A DNA stretch of 46,672 nucleotides from Chara braunii (Eukaryota; Plantae; Charophyceae). Every line of letters begins with the position of its first letter. Position 1 is the stretch's first letter. Made by a program: the position numbers and the translations under genes. The notes under the pieces were generated by a model. It saw nothing but the letters and a program-made list of their open reading frames with translations. It was not told where the DNA came from and did not search any database. Location: assembly GCA_003427395.1 (NCBI GenBank), contig BFEA01000023.1:2716000-2762671 (forward strand), given 5' to 3'. This document shows, piece by piece, positions 1 through 12,491 of this stretch.

Positions 1-3
1 CAC

Positions 4-49
4 GGAGCTACAGAGCTTCAAACATCACCAACTCTGCAAAAGGGGCAGA

Positions 50-99
<50 letters not shown>

Positions 100-149
100 T
101 CCAAGGAGCTACAGAGCTTCAAACGTCACCAACACTGCAAGGGGGGCAG
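4..149. repeat. ~45-bp direct repeat flanking a (TC)n microsatellite
   Basis: ggagctacagagcttcaaac(a/g)tcaccaac(t/a)ctgcaa..ggggcag at ~4-48 and 105-149; (TC)n at 53-96. Confidence 0.85.
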
Positions 150-1057
150 CATGAGACTAGCCAGGAGACAAGCGTATCATGCACACAGGCGATCCACACT
201 CCTTTTACCACGGAGCAGAAATGGCCTCTTCCTTTTCTTGAGAAGGATGGCGCTGTTGCGATTAGAAACGGATGGGCGGTAGAGGGGGAGGGGCGGGGGG
301 GAACGGGGATGTGAAGGAAAGAAACGGGAGGAACGGGAGTGTTTCGAGGGGGGTTAACAACGGTGGACAGTAGAATTGTGTTCTTAGGTAACAAGCTTTG
401 ACGTCATGACGCACCAATACCTTTGTGGGTCTGCAAGATTGGGTTAGCAGCCAGCAGGTGGATAGTAGGGCAGGTGGAATCTGAATGGAGGAGGAACAGA
501 CGAAGGATATTGGCTGATGGTCATCAAACAGCCAGCAGGTGCATGGCAGGGCGGATGGACAAGGAACGAATGGAAGACAGACGACGGACATTGGCTGAAT
601 GGCCATCAAAAAGACACCAAGTGCATATCAGGGCGTATGCAATACGACCGCAGCACAAAATGTGGACATTGGCTGATTAGTCATCATTCAACCCCCATAA
701 TCCCCCCCCTCCCCCCCCTCTTTTTCCCCAAAACCATCCTCCTCCCTTCGCTGCGAGAGAATGTCTCGAGGCGTTCGACGGACAGGAAAAAAGTACTTTA
801 CAGCGTCCCCCTGTAGCCCCACGCGATTGGGACACAAAAAAAAAAAGAAAAAAAAAAACATGACTGAGCCTACGACACGGATGTCGTCGCAAAACCAACC
901 TTGCGCGCTCCGTCAACTTTCCACGCCAAGCTTGTTTTGAAATGAAATTGATGTTTTGAAAATAAATAAATAAATTTAAAAAAAAAAATCTACGCCACCC
1001 CCACTAAAACCCTCGTCCAACTCGGAAACTGAAAACAAAGCCACAGGCGAGAGGAGG

Positions 1058-1102
<45 letters not shown>

Positions 1103-2985
1103 AACACTCCCCCTGTCGTGTATTGGAAAACCTTACGCGGAAGCCAGAAATGATCACACCCCTCTTGCCAGGGGCTATACACGAGTTCCATCACCCAAGC
1201 TTTCCCCCCAAAAAAAATCCACCACCATTCTTCCCAGTGAGGATTGCCGTGTACGAGTGGTCATCTTCGCCCCTCGGGCCCACAACGGCCAAGGGCCGCT
1301 ATGGCGCGCAAGCAAACCAAGACACGCCAGCGACAGAACAAACCAGGTATCACACCCCAAAGAATAAACCAGGTATGGACCAGGAACAGACCAGGAGTAG
1401 ACCAGGAATGGACAACGGATGGAGTGATAATTTATGCACCATCTTCGGCCGAATACAACGCACCGTCCTTCTGCCCGTATTTGAGGTAACTTCAGTCTAG
1501 ATACAGCAATGATGACCGTGCGTTCTATTTGGGGGAACACGGTAGGAATAAAGCCGCCATAGGCGAGAGACAGATCAGCGGTGGCAGGAGTAGAGGATAA
1601 CCACAACCGCGATTTCCCGGCGGTAAGCTTCACAAGCCAAAGGCTCTTAACTCCTCTTAACTCTTCCGTCGCTCGCGCCAGGCCACAGACATCAGCCTCG
1701 TAGGATTTCCGTGAGCTCCACTGATCATAAACACAAGGCTTATTCCCAACACAAGGCTTATTCCCAGCCCATGAGGCTACCCGCGAATAATATACACATG
1801 CGTTCGAATCCTGACGGGACCGGATGGATACAATAAGGTTAAAGACTACCCGCTCTAAAGAAAGAAAGGAAAAAAAAAAAAAAAAAAAAGAAAAAGAGGC
1901 TGGCGAAGATTCCACGTGCACGCTTTCGCTATCACTGCGAGTGTCCGCACGTTGTAGGTCTCACACTTACGGGGAATATGCACGATCACGCAAAATAGAT
2001 CATAACATTCCCCCCGTCATCCTTCCTCTTTCCTCCTCCCCGCCCCTCTCCCCCGTTCTCGCTCCCCCCCACGAACCCGCTTCGTCGAGAGCCTCCGCCA
2101 TCTTGATGGCCAAGAAAAAACGTGCTTGCATCCATGTACGCCTTACTTGCTTAATGATTGTATAATCACTGTGGACAGTACAATCCTACAATCCTACACG
2201 TGTCAACACCTCGGTGAGCCGTGATACCAATCCGCAAAAGCCTGATCGTCACCTACTTGCCATGTGCACGCACTTTCACTCCAGAGCAGAGGCGAATCCG
2301 TTAGCGTAGCCATAAACACATTTACAGTTTATAGCATACACATCTCTCTCTCTCTCTCTCTCCCCCCCTCCCCAAAAAAGGGGGAGTGGGGCAAAAGAAA
2401 GGTGGGCTGTGACAGAGTGCTTCGCGGATTCTACCGATGCATCAGCACGCGAAACTACAAATGCCCTGTTTTTTTTTTCCCCTCTCTTTCCACCCACGGA
2501 TCACCAGGGAGATACTTACCACAACATTGTTGTTGAATCACATATATATTGTCATATATGTATATCCATAGCGTCACATGATTTTGGTGGCCAGGCGATA
2601 AGCTGGCAAGCAGCCGGTCCGGTAACAAATTTGCGGTTTTCTTTTTCTGGGTTCGTTTACAATGCATAGCAACCCCCTCCCACCGTACATCACTCAGATG
2701 CGAAGCGCGCGAGAACGTTCGTTCCTTTCAGCAGTCGGTGTGAAAGAATTCAACACTAAAACCCTTGCTACCCGTACTGCTTTGAAACTCCTTTCTACGT
2801 TTGAGGAAACCTTTTGCATGCAAAATTCAGAGCCCCAACTGTGTCCTGCTTTTCTATCACTCGTCGCAACTTCGACGTGATCTTTCACAACGCGACGACA
2901 GGGAACGCGTCGTGATACATCTACATCATCGAGATTTACTAATCATTAACGCTACCAGGGCGTGCGCGCGGCGGGGGCCGTCGAA

Positions 2986-3036
2986 GGGGGGGGGGGGGGG
3001 GGGGTTCGAACCGCTCCGATACCAGTGTAACGGGGG

Positions 3037-3088
<52 letters not shown>
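2986..3088 (+). repeat. Poly-G tracts
   Basis: Long G homopolymers at ~2986-3004 and ~3040-3087. Confidence 0.9.
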
Positions 3089-3089
<1 letters not shown>

Positions 3090-4174
3090 GGCGAGGGACA
3101 GGATCTTACACTACTAGTAATTCATATCAATATAGTCATTCTTAAGGCTAAATCGTCTGTAGAGCCCGGGGGGGGGAATGGGGGCAAAGGAGCGCAATCC
3201 TATCTTAAACCACCAGTTCATTGCCCACCCAACTTGAGAATGACGAGTCGAGCCGATTTCCCAGAAGCGTGCAGCTCCTCACCAACGGAACGGCGCCATC
3301 TAACAGCCTCTCCTCTGACATGGTGGTGCTCTTATCACCCCGCGAGAGACTTGGAGGAAGGCAAACGAGACGTTTCTAAAAGGAGGCCGGGGGGTGAGAG
3401 GGGGGGGGCGGGGGGGGAAGAAAAAAAAATCGGAGGCTCGGGGCAACCGGACCGAAATGGCTGGCGGCGGCAGCCAAAGCTAAAAAAGAAAGCCGCGCTG
3501 GCGTCTCGGGAAAAACTTGCACGCAGTGGGAATCCGCCTCGTACAAATGAAGGTCGGATGTACTGGTGGTTTAATTATAGATTCACATTCATTCATCAGT
3601 TTAATATCTGATCTGTGGTCCATCGGGCCACACGATATTAAATTATTTTTTCAGGGCTACGGAGGGGTCATAGGGGTAGGCTTGCCTACTCGACCCTTCC
3701 ACCTTTGCCTTCGTATTGCACTGCAGCGGAGCGTCGCGCGGCCCATTTAAAAAAAAAAAATAAAAAAAAAATAAAAAAAAAAAATCCTCCGTAGAGTGGG
3801 GCTACAATCTTCACCTTCAGTTTCAAGACATTTCTCTTCCCATGAGATGTATGTATGTGGGTTGGGACATTTACACCTTGCAATGCATTTACTTGGTCCA
3901 AAACCTGAACTCAGTACATGGTTTACATAATTAGTTACTAAATTACTGATGACGACAAATTATCTGTACCGATAAAAGAACGACTACCTAGCGTCAATAA
4001 TGATGAATTGCCTGTAAAGACGGAACCGATCCATTTTTTATTTTCTATCTCGCTGTGTACTAAGGAGTTAATAGACATTAGTTGTATAATAGTAACACGA
4101 TAATAATGTATCTATTAGGTTCCCTTTTGACTCCCCGAGCAACATCCCACGCTTCAGAGATCACTTGCCTCGAT

Positions 4175-4284
4175 ACCCAGCAGCGCGCGGAAATCCTTCC
4201 GCCCATGCCAGCATTCGTCCACGGATTCGCCGCTCATTCTCTCTCACGTCTCAACACCCAGCAGCGCGCGGAAATCCTTCCGCC
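4175..4284. repeat. 29-bp direct repeat
   Basis: acccagcagcgcgcggaaatccttccgcc at 4175-4203 and 4256-4284. Confidence 0.85.
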
Positions 4285-4649
4285 GTCCTTCATCCCCCTC
4301 GTCCTCCATCTCCTCCCTCCAAGTCGCCCGTTCTTTTCTCTCCCCCCCCACTTCCCCCCGAAGTCACCCTCCCGCGCCAGTCTCTCAAACGGCATTATGC
4401 ACAGCCTCAAAGATTTTATCAAAAGAAATCATAAGCACTGACTCATGATCCTCTATTCTCGGCATTTCTTTCTCAACGCTTACACTTCCTCCTCTCCATT
4501 ATCTTTACTTCTCTACTCATCCTTTTTCTCCTCTTTTATCAAAAGGGCGACGGCCTTGAGATATCATCATTGAACTGACCGGCCCGAAGTAATTCAAATT
4601 ACTTTATTCTGGTCAACTGCTTACATCTGGATTCGGACTTGGGTCTGGG

Positions 4650-5485
4650 AACAAGACGCCACGTCATTGTGTATATTTCAACAAGACGCCACGTCATTAT
4701 ATATATCTCAACAGTTCGTGGGTGTTGTACCAACTGCGCTAGGCTCGTTGGTTCCACTCATCCTTTTCAGTCTTGCAACAAGACGCCACGTCATTGTATA
4801 TATCGTCACACCGTGTATCGGAGCGCGAAGGCGAAAAAAGACAAAACAAAAAAGGAAAGTAAAGCTCCCCCTGTTCATCACCTCTTACGTACACGGCCGG
4901 CCACGTGGATGATATATATCGTCACAAGCATATCAGAGCGCAAAAGCGAAAAAAAGAAAAAGAAAGAAAGAAGGAAAACAGGGAAAAATGAATAAAATGA
5001 ATTCATGATTTAATCTTCTTCCTTATAACTCCCCCTGTTCAGAACCTCTTCCGTACAAGGTCCGCCCACGTGGATGTAGGTTGAGCGGCGGCTGCCCCCA
5101 CCCCCGTGTGTCATATCGACCCACTTGCACACAGCCAGAATATATATATATATATATCGTCACAAACAGAACTGCCCGATAAAACCGTAGGCAGAGAGAG
5201 AGAAGAGGACAACAAACGAGGGGCCGTGACAAACTGTTTCGTCGGAGTTTCACCGACTCATATATATATATATATATATTGTCGCAAGAATATCAGAGCG
5301 CAAATGCGAAAAAAAGAAGAAAAGAAGAAAGAAAAACAGGAAAAAATGAATTCAGTTTTTTATCTTCTTCCTTATAACTCCCCCTGTTCAGAACCTCTTG
5401 CGTACAAGGCCGCCCACGTGGATGTCGGTTGAGCGGCGGCTGCCCCCACCCCCGTGTGTCATATCGACCCACTTGCACACAGCCA
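4650..5485. repeat. Intronic tandem-repeat block: 30-bp GCCACGTCA units, plus ~210-bp units that start after (AT)n
   Basis: aacaagacgccacgtcatt at ~4650, 4680 and 4777. Longer unit (atatatcgtcacaag...tcagagcgcaaa...ccccctgttcagaacc...ccacgtggatgt...cacttgcacacagcca) at ~4911-5137 and ~5275-5485, with a degenerate copy at ~4797-4910. Confidence 0.85.
5226..5261 (-). ncRNA. Truncated hammerhead ribozyme remnant (AUGA + stem II + GAAA; CUG and stem I lost)
   Basis: Minus: ATGA GTCGG TGAAACT CCGAC GAAA CAGTTTGTCAC. Nearly identical to the core at 34253-34311, but (TA)n stands where CUG and stem I should be. Confidence 0.7.
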
Positions 5486-6309
5486 AAAGGCAAAGAGGCA
5501 AAGAAAAGAGGAAGGGAACAGCCAAATAAAAACAGATCCCAGATGACACGTCCCACATGCAAGCACCGCCCCTGCCCACAGGCCAAACGACGGGACAAGA
5601 CCAACCAGGATGTCAAGCATTCTTGTCTGCAAATAAAAAATAAAATAAAAAACGGAGGACCGGTATAGAAAACAATCCCGGATGACGATTCCCATTAACA
5701 ACTTTCTTTTGCCCCCCTTCGCCCCTCGGGCACCTGTTTCCTGCACCCTGCTTCCCCTTACCCCCTTCTTCCACTCGACCTACCCTTCTAATTCCATTCA
5801 GTTTGCTCTTCTCGCTCTTCCACGTGTCAGGTTCGGTAATTCCCGTGTCTACTTTCCCCATCCAGCCATGTGTTCTGTTTACAAAACCTTCCTGGCGCAT
5901 CTCAACAGACCCGCCTCCGCGATAAAGAAGTGAGGGGCATCGGAACACGCGCGCAATATTGACGGTCTGAAAAAGCAGCTCCTTCGCATTGGGTGCGTGA
6001 TTGCTAATTTATTTGCGGGGAAGAGAACACTGCTAGTCTCTTCCCCGCCAATGAATGCACCTATGGATGGAGCTCGTGAAATGGTCAGTCGTCGATAGTC
6101 GACCAATTGATTGATCACTTGCCCCGCCTTGTCCTTCCCGACCATCGGCCTCTCCATAACATGCGAGCGCCACCCCCCCCCCTCCCCCGATCTGTGAGCA
6201 ATTCGTCCACAAGTCATCCATACAGTACTCCATAACTGGTTAACTACTTGCTGGTCAACTTCTTCGAGTCCTCGCTGACACTCTTCGTCATTCCCCCCCC
6301 CTCTCCCCC

Positions 6310-6344
<35 letters not shown>

Positions 6345-6479
6345 CCACCCCGCCCACCCGCCCGCCCTCTCGTGCGCTTCGCAAGGGACCATCGCACCTC
6401 GGAAATATGTTCCGTCAGTCATCCACCCAAGTGATGTGCATTTCCTCCCTCAAATAACGAACACACCCTTACCATGACC

Positions 6480-6529
<50 letters not shown>

Positions 6530-6725
6530 CGCGCGCGCAACACGCAACTCGGCGTACGGGGAGCAAAATCGAGCCAACGTCGGTCCCGATACCTACTTGA
6601 TGACGGGATTTAGAATTGATATCCTCTGATCAAAGAATCGTGATCCCGAACGTCAAGTGAGACGACAGTGAAGCGACGAAATGAAACGTAAAAGGAAAGC
6701 ACGTGGGAAGGACGACAAGACGCAC

Positions 6726-7271
6726 CTTATTTAGCAAGAAGTTCGGGTAGAGCTGATCGTGTGTGAGGAATTGCAAGCACGCCGGGCAGTTGCGTTTATT
6801 CCTCAGGTGGGTAGTGATGCACGTGTAACAGAAGCTGTGACCACACGCCGTCAAGAACGCGTCCTTCATCGTGGACATGCATATCGGGCACAGAAAATCC
6901 TTATCTACTGGTGTTCCACCCGCCCACGCGCCCGTCATCAGCATTCTCGTGGGTGAGATACCAGTACCCCCCCCTCCTCGTCTATTCCTCTCGCTCTCCT
7001 CTCCATAACATTCCGTGGTCATCAGCTCTGTCTTCACACAAGACAGAGAGGGCACTTGCGTTGGCGTTTGGGTGGGCGCCAGCAGTGACCCGTCGCTACA
7101 ATTCGTCGTCATTGATGAAGACAACACGAACGACGACGGGGATCCCGACTGCTGCACTCGGCCGCGACGGCGACGGCCCAGTGGGAAAAGCTGGCGCGGA
7201 AGAATCTTGACGCTTGACGAATGAGGGGAAAGGGAGCTGCCGCCTCCTCCGCCAGCCTCCGAGCTCCCCAT
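6726..7271 (-). CDS. COP1: COP1 E3 ubiquitin ligase, coding exon 1 (N-terminal extension plus C3HC4 RING finger); rest of gene outside the window
   Basis: Translation ...VKTE...PVDKDFLCPICMSTMKDAFLTACGHSFCYTCITTHLRNKRNCPACLQFLTHDQLYPNFLLNK closely matches the plant COP1 RING region (DKDLLCPICM..KDAFLTACGHSFCY.CI.THL.NK..CP.C...L...QLYPNFLL.K). The match ends at AAG|GTGCG, a phase-0 donor at 6726/6725. First in-frame ATG is 7271; a downstream Met (MTTNCS) is an alternative start. Confidence 0.92.
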
Positions 7272-7306
7272 CACCGATAGCGTAGGCCGGCAACACTGCA
7301 GGCCAT
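7271..7306 (-). other. uORF (MACSVAGLRYR*) whose stop overlaps the COP1 ATG (TGATG)
   Basis: Minus strand reads gctATG GCC TGC AGT GTT GCC GGC CTA CGC TAT CGG TGA tg. The A of TGA (7271) is the A of the COP1 ATG. Context is -3 G, +4 G. Confidence 0.5.
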
Positions 7307-7349
7307 AGCGAAGTGCTCGGAGACAGAAGCGCAGGCTCCCAATCAATCA

Positions 7350-9150
7350 ACAAGAGGAAGAGAATGGAAGAGAGAACGGCGATAACAAGGAGGCACAGAG
7401 GAAGAAAACAGGAGGGGAGATAGACGACGTCTCTCGAATATGATCCGTCTTCTTCTTCCTCCGATTAATTATGCTCCTTCTATCAGGTCACCCTCAACCC
7501 TGCATTTACGGGCCAGGCATATATAAGGCGAGAGAGTAATCTTGCACTTTTTCAGCAGGCTTGACACCGCAGTCAACGCAGGTGCCCCCACTCAGAGCGC
7601 CAAGTCCCTTTGGTCGGCCGCGATGGGGGGACACACTTGGACTTCCCATCTTCGACGTTGATCAAACATAACCGCCCGCCCACCCGCACACCTCAGACGA
7701 ACGAGTTCGGGTCGCCAACAATTATCTCAGGGATTGAATTGATTGGATTGATTGATCGATCGAATCTGTATCATAATCGCCTCCACTTCGGCTACTTCTC
7801 CATTTCTCCGTCTGCTTCTCCCTTTCATTTTCCCATCACCGCCACCACCCGTCCCATCCACGTGTTTCAGCCACCCTGATCCCGCAGTCACTCTCAAGGC
7901 TCCCCGCCTCCTGCCTCCCACCAAATCTCACCCCTCCTTCCGATTACCGTACGTACGGGTCGGTCCGTGTTTCGCTAGGCTTCCCGCCTCCTGCCTCCCA
8001 CCAAATTCCACCCCTCCTTCCGATTAGCGTACGTATGGGTCGGTCCGTGTTTCGCTCCCTCCTACTTCCCGCCCCCGCCTCATCTCGCTCCCCTCTTGCG
8101 CACAGTTTTGCATTCCGCGCTACTACGCTTCCGGTTCCTCGGCAGCAACACTGGCTGTCGCGTTCGCTTTCACAGAGGGCAACGTGTGCCACTTGCGCCC
8201 TTGCGCAGTTTTCCGAATCCGAGTGCGCGGGGGTTGCCTCTCGATTTGCACTCTCCCGCCAGTCGGCGCGGGGTGGTTATGTCGAGTTGGCGAGGCGGTG
8301 GCGCTCGCGCCAAATGACTTGCCCGCCGGCCAGGGCGTGGGCGTGGGCGTGGGCGAACACTGTCAAACGAACGAAGGCAGACGTACGTCCGCAACGCAAC
8401 TAGATGGGGAACGTGCACGTGGATCCGAATGGCGGCACCGCTTGATCAAAGCCACCAGCCCGCCTCTAGAACGAATCGATATCGCGCCTCTCCTATCGTT
8501 TGCGCTGGCAGCGCGCTGCCCAATCGAATCTGGAGAAAACCGAAGTTCTTTCCCCGCTTTTTCTCGCCCTTGTGAGCCGATTTTCTCGGACAACAACGCA
8601 ATTGTTGTATTGTAGACTTGGTTTAAATTTTACGACATTTTCATTTTAGTAGCTGTTTTTCGAATTTTATTACCGCCTTGGCGGAATCAGAAAAGATATC
8701 GAGGAAACAAAAGAAGAGGAAGAGGAAAAAAAAGAAACGCAAATAACTGCTGGCGTTCCATTGGCTCACCGCCGCAGCGCTCTGTGTCAAGTCCCACGTG
8801 GTACCTCGTGGGAACACATCCCCGCCGACCTTCGGATCGACGAGAGGGTCGGCTAGCCCATGCCCGCTTCGTCCAGAACTTCTGCAATTTGTCTCTGCTG
8901 AGCCACAAACGACAGTGAACTGTGCAGACTCAGACAGATCTGCAGCGGATTCGAGATACGCTATAACAGATTGTAGAGGGCTTCTCCGAACCATGGAATA
9001 GGAAGGCGTGCCAACGTGTGAAAGGGGAGCCCATCACCGCAGTGTGTGGTTGGGATGACGTGGTTCCTGGTTACGCGCGTTGCAGCTTCCCATCCGTCCG
9101 ATTCCTCAGCTGTACGACTCCCTTACGACGGAGATTTTCCAACACGTGTC
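7350..9150 (-). promoter_or_regulatory. Putative COP1 5'UTR/promoter: CT-rich leader, TATA-like box, G-boxes
   Basis: Pyrimidine-rich leader on minus (7350-7420); TATATAT at 7525-7519; CACGTG at 7859, 8416, 8795 and 9143; TGACGTGG at 9056; CpG-rich, with GGCGTG repeats near 8333-8352. Confidence 0.4.
7897..8056. repeat. 80-bp tandem duplication in the COP1 upstream region
   Basis: aggct.cccgcctcctgcctcccaccaaat..cacccctccttccgatta.cgtacgta.gggtcggtccgtgtttcgct occurs twice (7897-7976, 7977-8056). Confidence 0.9.
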
Positions 9151-10061
9151 AGGACTCTCGCTCGCTCTGCATATAGGCGGGCGAGGGCTGATTCCTCAAA
9201 TAACCCTCCGCAAGTTGACCACACCCTCACGCCGCCGTGAGCCTCAAGAAGAGGCCGCCTCTCAGTGGCCCAGGCTAAACGTTGTCAGGGCCGGCCCTCC
9301 TCTCATGAAGTGGCCAGAAAATGCAGGACTATCTTGGCCTCGCCACACCACCTGGGGGCCCGCACCGTTGAACCTCGTTCATGGTTTCTTTTGAGACCCT
9401 GGACGCGGAAGGTCAGGGCTAACTGGAGGAGAAGCAGACCGAACCATTAGCAGCACAACGGATTGTAGAACAATAGAGCCGCTCTCAAATTGAGGCCTCG
9501 AAAAAGGTTTCAAGACCAAAAAAAAGGTTTTGGGCGGAGGGGCGACGTTAGCGCGACTGCGCTACCTGGGTGCCTGCCCTCGATGTACTACCAGGAACGG
9601 GTTCGTAACTATCGAGGGTTAGGGCTTTGGTGGCGGCGTGGCTTGGGAACACTGTCCAACCCTGGGTATTCCCGAGGGATGGCGGAGCGTTCCTCCTTCT
9701 CACCTAGCGGTTAGCAGGTGTGTGCTCACTGTGAAATATCAGTGGCCAGAGGGATCTCCGACGGTTTGGTCTGTCTGCTGTTTGCTACAATCTCGGCTCG
9801 CGTCTCCGTAGTAAGAGATATTTGGGCAAGGGAAAGGCCTTATGCTGTTGAAGAGAAGATAATGAAGAGAGCTGCAGACTGGGGACAGTATGCTGAAGAC
9901 GCCTTCACGGGTCAACTTATGGTATAACATCTCCTGGCTCTCACCTGGGGGGAGGGGGTGGTGTTTTCCTATGAATTGATTGGAGGCTCCGATAAATTAT
10001 TATTCTATTATTTTTAGCCCTAGTTAGGTTTTGACTGAAAGCGTTGTAAGATTATAAGCAA

Positions 10062-12491
10062 ATGGCGACTGAAAAGTCGCCTTCATCTCCTCCACAGTTA
10101 GATAAACAGCGCATACGCGAAATTCTGACCAAGTGCTATATAGATGGGATCCTCCCACCCCGTCTGGCACCGTCCAAAGTGGAAATCGGGGATGACTACA
10201 TGAGAGTATCCATCAACCAGGATCTATACAAGATCCAGGTTGAATGGTTGCGAGAACACGCTCTTACGATCCTTTTTGGTGATGGGTCCACGACGATCCC
10301 CACGGACATTAAAAAACGCCTCGTACGGATCTATGAGAATGGTTGGGCCTCCTCGAGCCAACTGACCTCTCCACCGAAAAGGGGCTTGTTTCACAACGAA
10401 GGAATGAACCTAGTTACGTATGTAGCTCCTTCAAAGGAAGTTGCAGAGTGGATGCTTCCTGTGTCTACTACGCATATCGAACTCGATAACATTTTGTATT
10501 CGGTCTCTTTTCAACCATGGAAGACCGAACAGGAATTGTGGGAATGGAGGGAGGTAGCCAGGCATCGCTTTTTCTGGATACGTTGTCAACAAGTGCCTGT
10601 GGGAGCTCTTCCTTTCCTACCCGGAGCTATTCGAGATGCTTATGGGTGCGACCTTTTAAAGGAGTACCCTGCGTTCAAAGATAAATTGTGTCCTGCGTTG
10701 ATGAACATCCGCTTTGACCTGGAGTCTGCAGCCAGACTGCGGTACAAAAAATATTTGATTATTGATTTGGGAGACGATGGTTATGTAGAGATTGAAGTGG
10801 TGTGCGCTGATACCCCATGGTGTCCGACTTGCATACAACACTTTCACACGCGTAATAAGAAATCCTTTGCCTCGGCGATAAAAGCAAAAGGGAAAGAGAA
10901 GAATCGGAAGGGGGAAAAATGAGGCAAAGGAGCCAAAGGGGACAAGAAAGCTGACGCAGAGAAAAGGGGGAAGCAAAACAATTCAAAGGACGAACAAACG
11001 GAGAAAGAGAAAGAGGAGGAAGGAAAGGAGAAAGGTACAAGTGAAGAAGGCTCGAAAAGGGAAAAGGTCGGGGGTGACGAGAGGAAGAAAGAAAAGGGTT
11101 TTCCATAAGTCAAGGAGAAGACGACAGATAAGGGTCAGGAAGAGAAGGAGGAGGACAGGGGTCGAAGGGCAGATAAAGATAAATGGGATGTAGTAGACAA
11201 GGAAGTCCCAAGTGGAAATGGCGGAACGCTGGGGGGACAGGGGGTAGAGCATGATGGAGAGAAGATGGAGGAGGACGTTGTCCCTCTTACAAAAGAGAAA
11301 AGAAAGAGATGTAACTCGGAAAGAGATCCCGACGAAGAAGAAGGTCTCCCGAGCTTTGTTGTACATGGCAATGAGTTAGTGATCCACAAGGATCACTCCC
11401 CCTCCCCTTCCTGGGAACGGGAAGAGGAGGAAGAAGAATCTAGTGCGATCAAGATATACGATAATGATATGTATAACTCACATCAATCTGATGACGGTTC
11501 GGATTCGGACCTAGACTTGAAGTCCTTATATGCACCCGATCGGCCTGTAGCCCACCCATCGGAGGGAAATTCAAAATTGTTTTCGCCCTCAGATGGAGAG
11601 GACTTCCGATCGGTGGGAAGCTCCTATAAATGGACTCCGACAGGGACACCAGCACGAGTAGAGAGCCCTCCAAAGGAGAAGTTCCCTCACCCACCTGAGA
11701 AAACACCGAGTATCTCCCCTGCTAAGAAGCAAAAGGCTTCAAAAAAACAAACGGGGAATCTGCTGACAAAAGACAAACCTGGCCAGCTAGTCAAAGTGAG
11801 ACGCCCGGTGAAACAGACCCTAGATTTCGCCAAGCCGATGCAAACGATATCGAGGGAAGATAAAAGGAGAGCACAGATCAAAGAATTTCTCGTGCCCTTG
11901 ATAGTTACACCTTCGGTTCGTGGCCCTATGGTCCTGACGAATATGGATCGGGACGAGCGTTTATCTATTTCCGCCCTTCCAGTGAAAGGATCTCTCCCAG
12001 ATGACCAGTGCATTGATCTGGTCACAAGAGACGTGCTTGGTCGCCATGGAGTTTGCTCTATGGTCCCAGTACCGAGGAGAGGTCGCCATGTGGTGACCAA
12101 TCCAACTGGCGGGAAGATATTGTTGCATATAGCAGTCTTGTGCTTGCATGCGGAAGGATTCGACATGGAGCAATTGCGTATGTAGAGCATTTATTGGTTG
12201 CCTCTCTTTCGCCTTCTGGACACTGATTCAGATGGTCTGAGAGATATTTCATTACCTGAAGCCCTTTTCGCTCAGGATGTGGCTGATTGGGTAGTGCAAA
12301 CAGATGCGGCAGACTCCTTCTCATCGAAATCCTTTGCCATTCACTTGAATACCAAAAAGCTCATGGTTCCGATGGGACAAAAAGAACCGAGCAACAAAGA
12401 CACAAGTCTAACTAGTCTGGCACGAAAACTGTCTACGGGCCGTATCCAAAACCCCCGGGGCAAGGGCGTAGACAATGGTTCTACCAAGTAG
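10062..12491 (+). pseudogene. LINE-A ORF1 (N-terminal domain, partial CCHC knuckle, charged linker, conserved C-terminal domain), interrupted
   Basis: Aligns by eye with LINE-B ORF1 (RIREILTKCYIDG/RVRESISQCYDEG; YENGW/YEDGW; YVAPSKEVAEW/YVAKAKEIADW; TPWCPTCIQHFH/TDWCRRCRWYYH). Several internal stops. Confidence 0.85.

Larger units (their letters stand above)
1..6725 (-). other. COP1 intron 1 (>6.7 kb, 3' end not in window)
   Basis: Begins with the GT donor after LLNK. No coiled-coil exon 2 (LLKK..S..SP..Q...ALQ.G-like) recognised on the minus strand in 1-6725. The region is microsatellite- and repeat-rich. Confidence 0.65.

Noticed and set aside
3867-3905. AG|VLDQVNALQ|GT on minus as COP1 exon 2
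   Set aside because: Only superficial similarity to the coiled-coil start; too short, weak polypyrimidine tract and non-consensus donor.
4650-4810. 30-bp repeats as a CRISPR array
   Set aside because: Eukaryotic context, adjacent units without unique spacers, no cas genes.
119-6457. Numerous short ORFs in intron 1
   Set aside because: Low-complexity translations of microsatellites and homopolymers.
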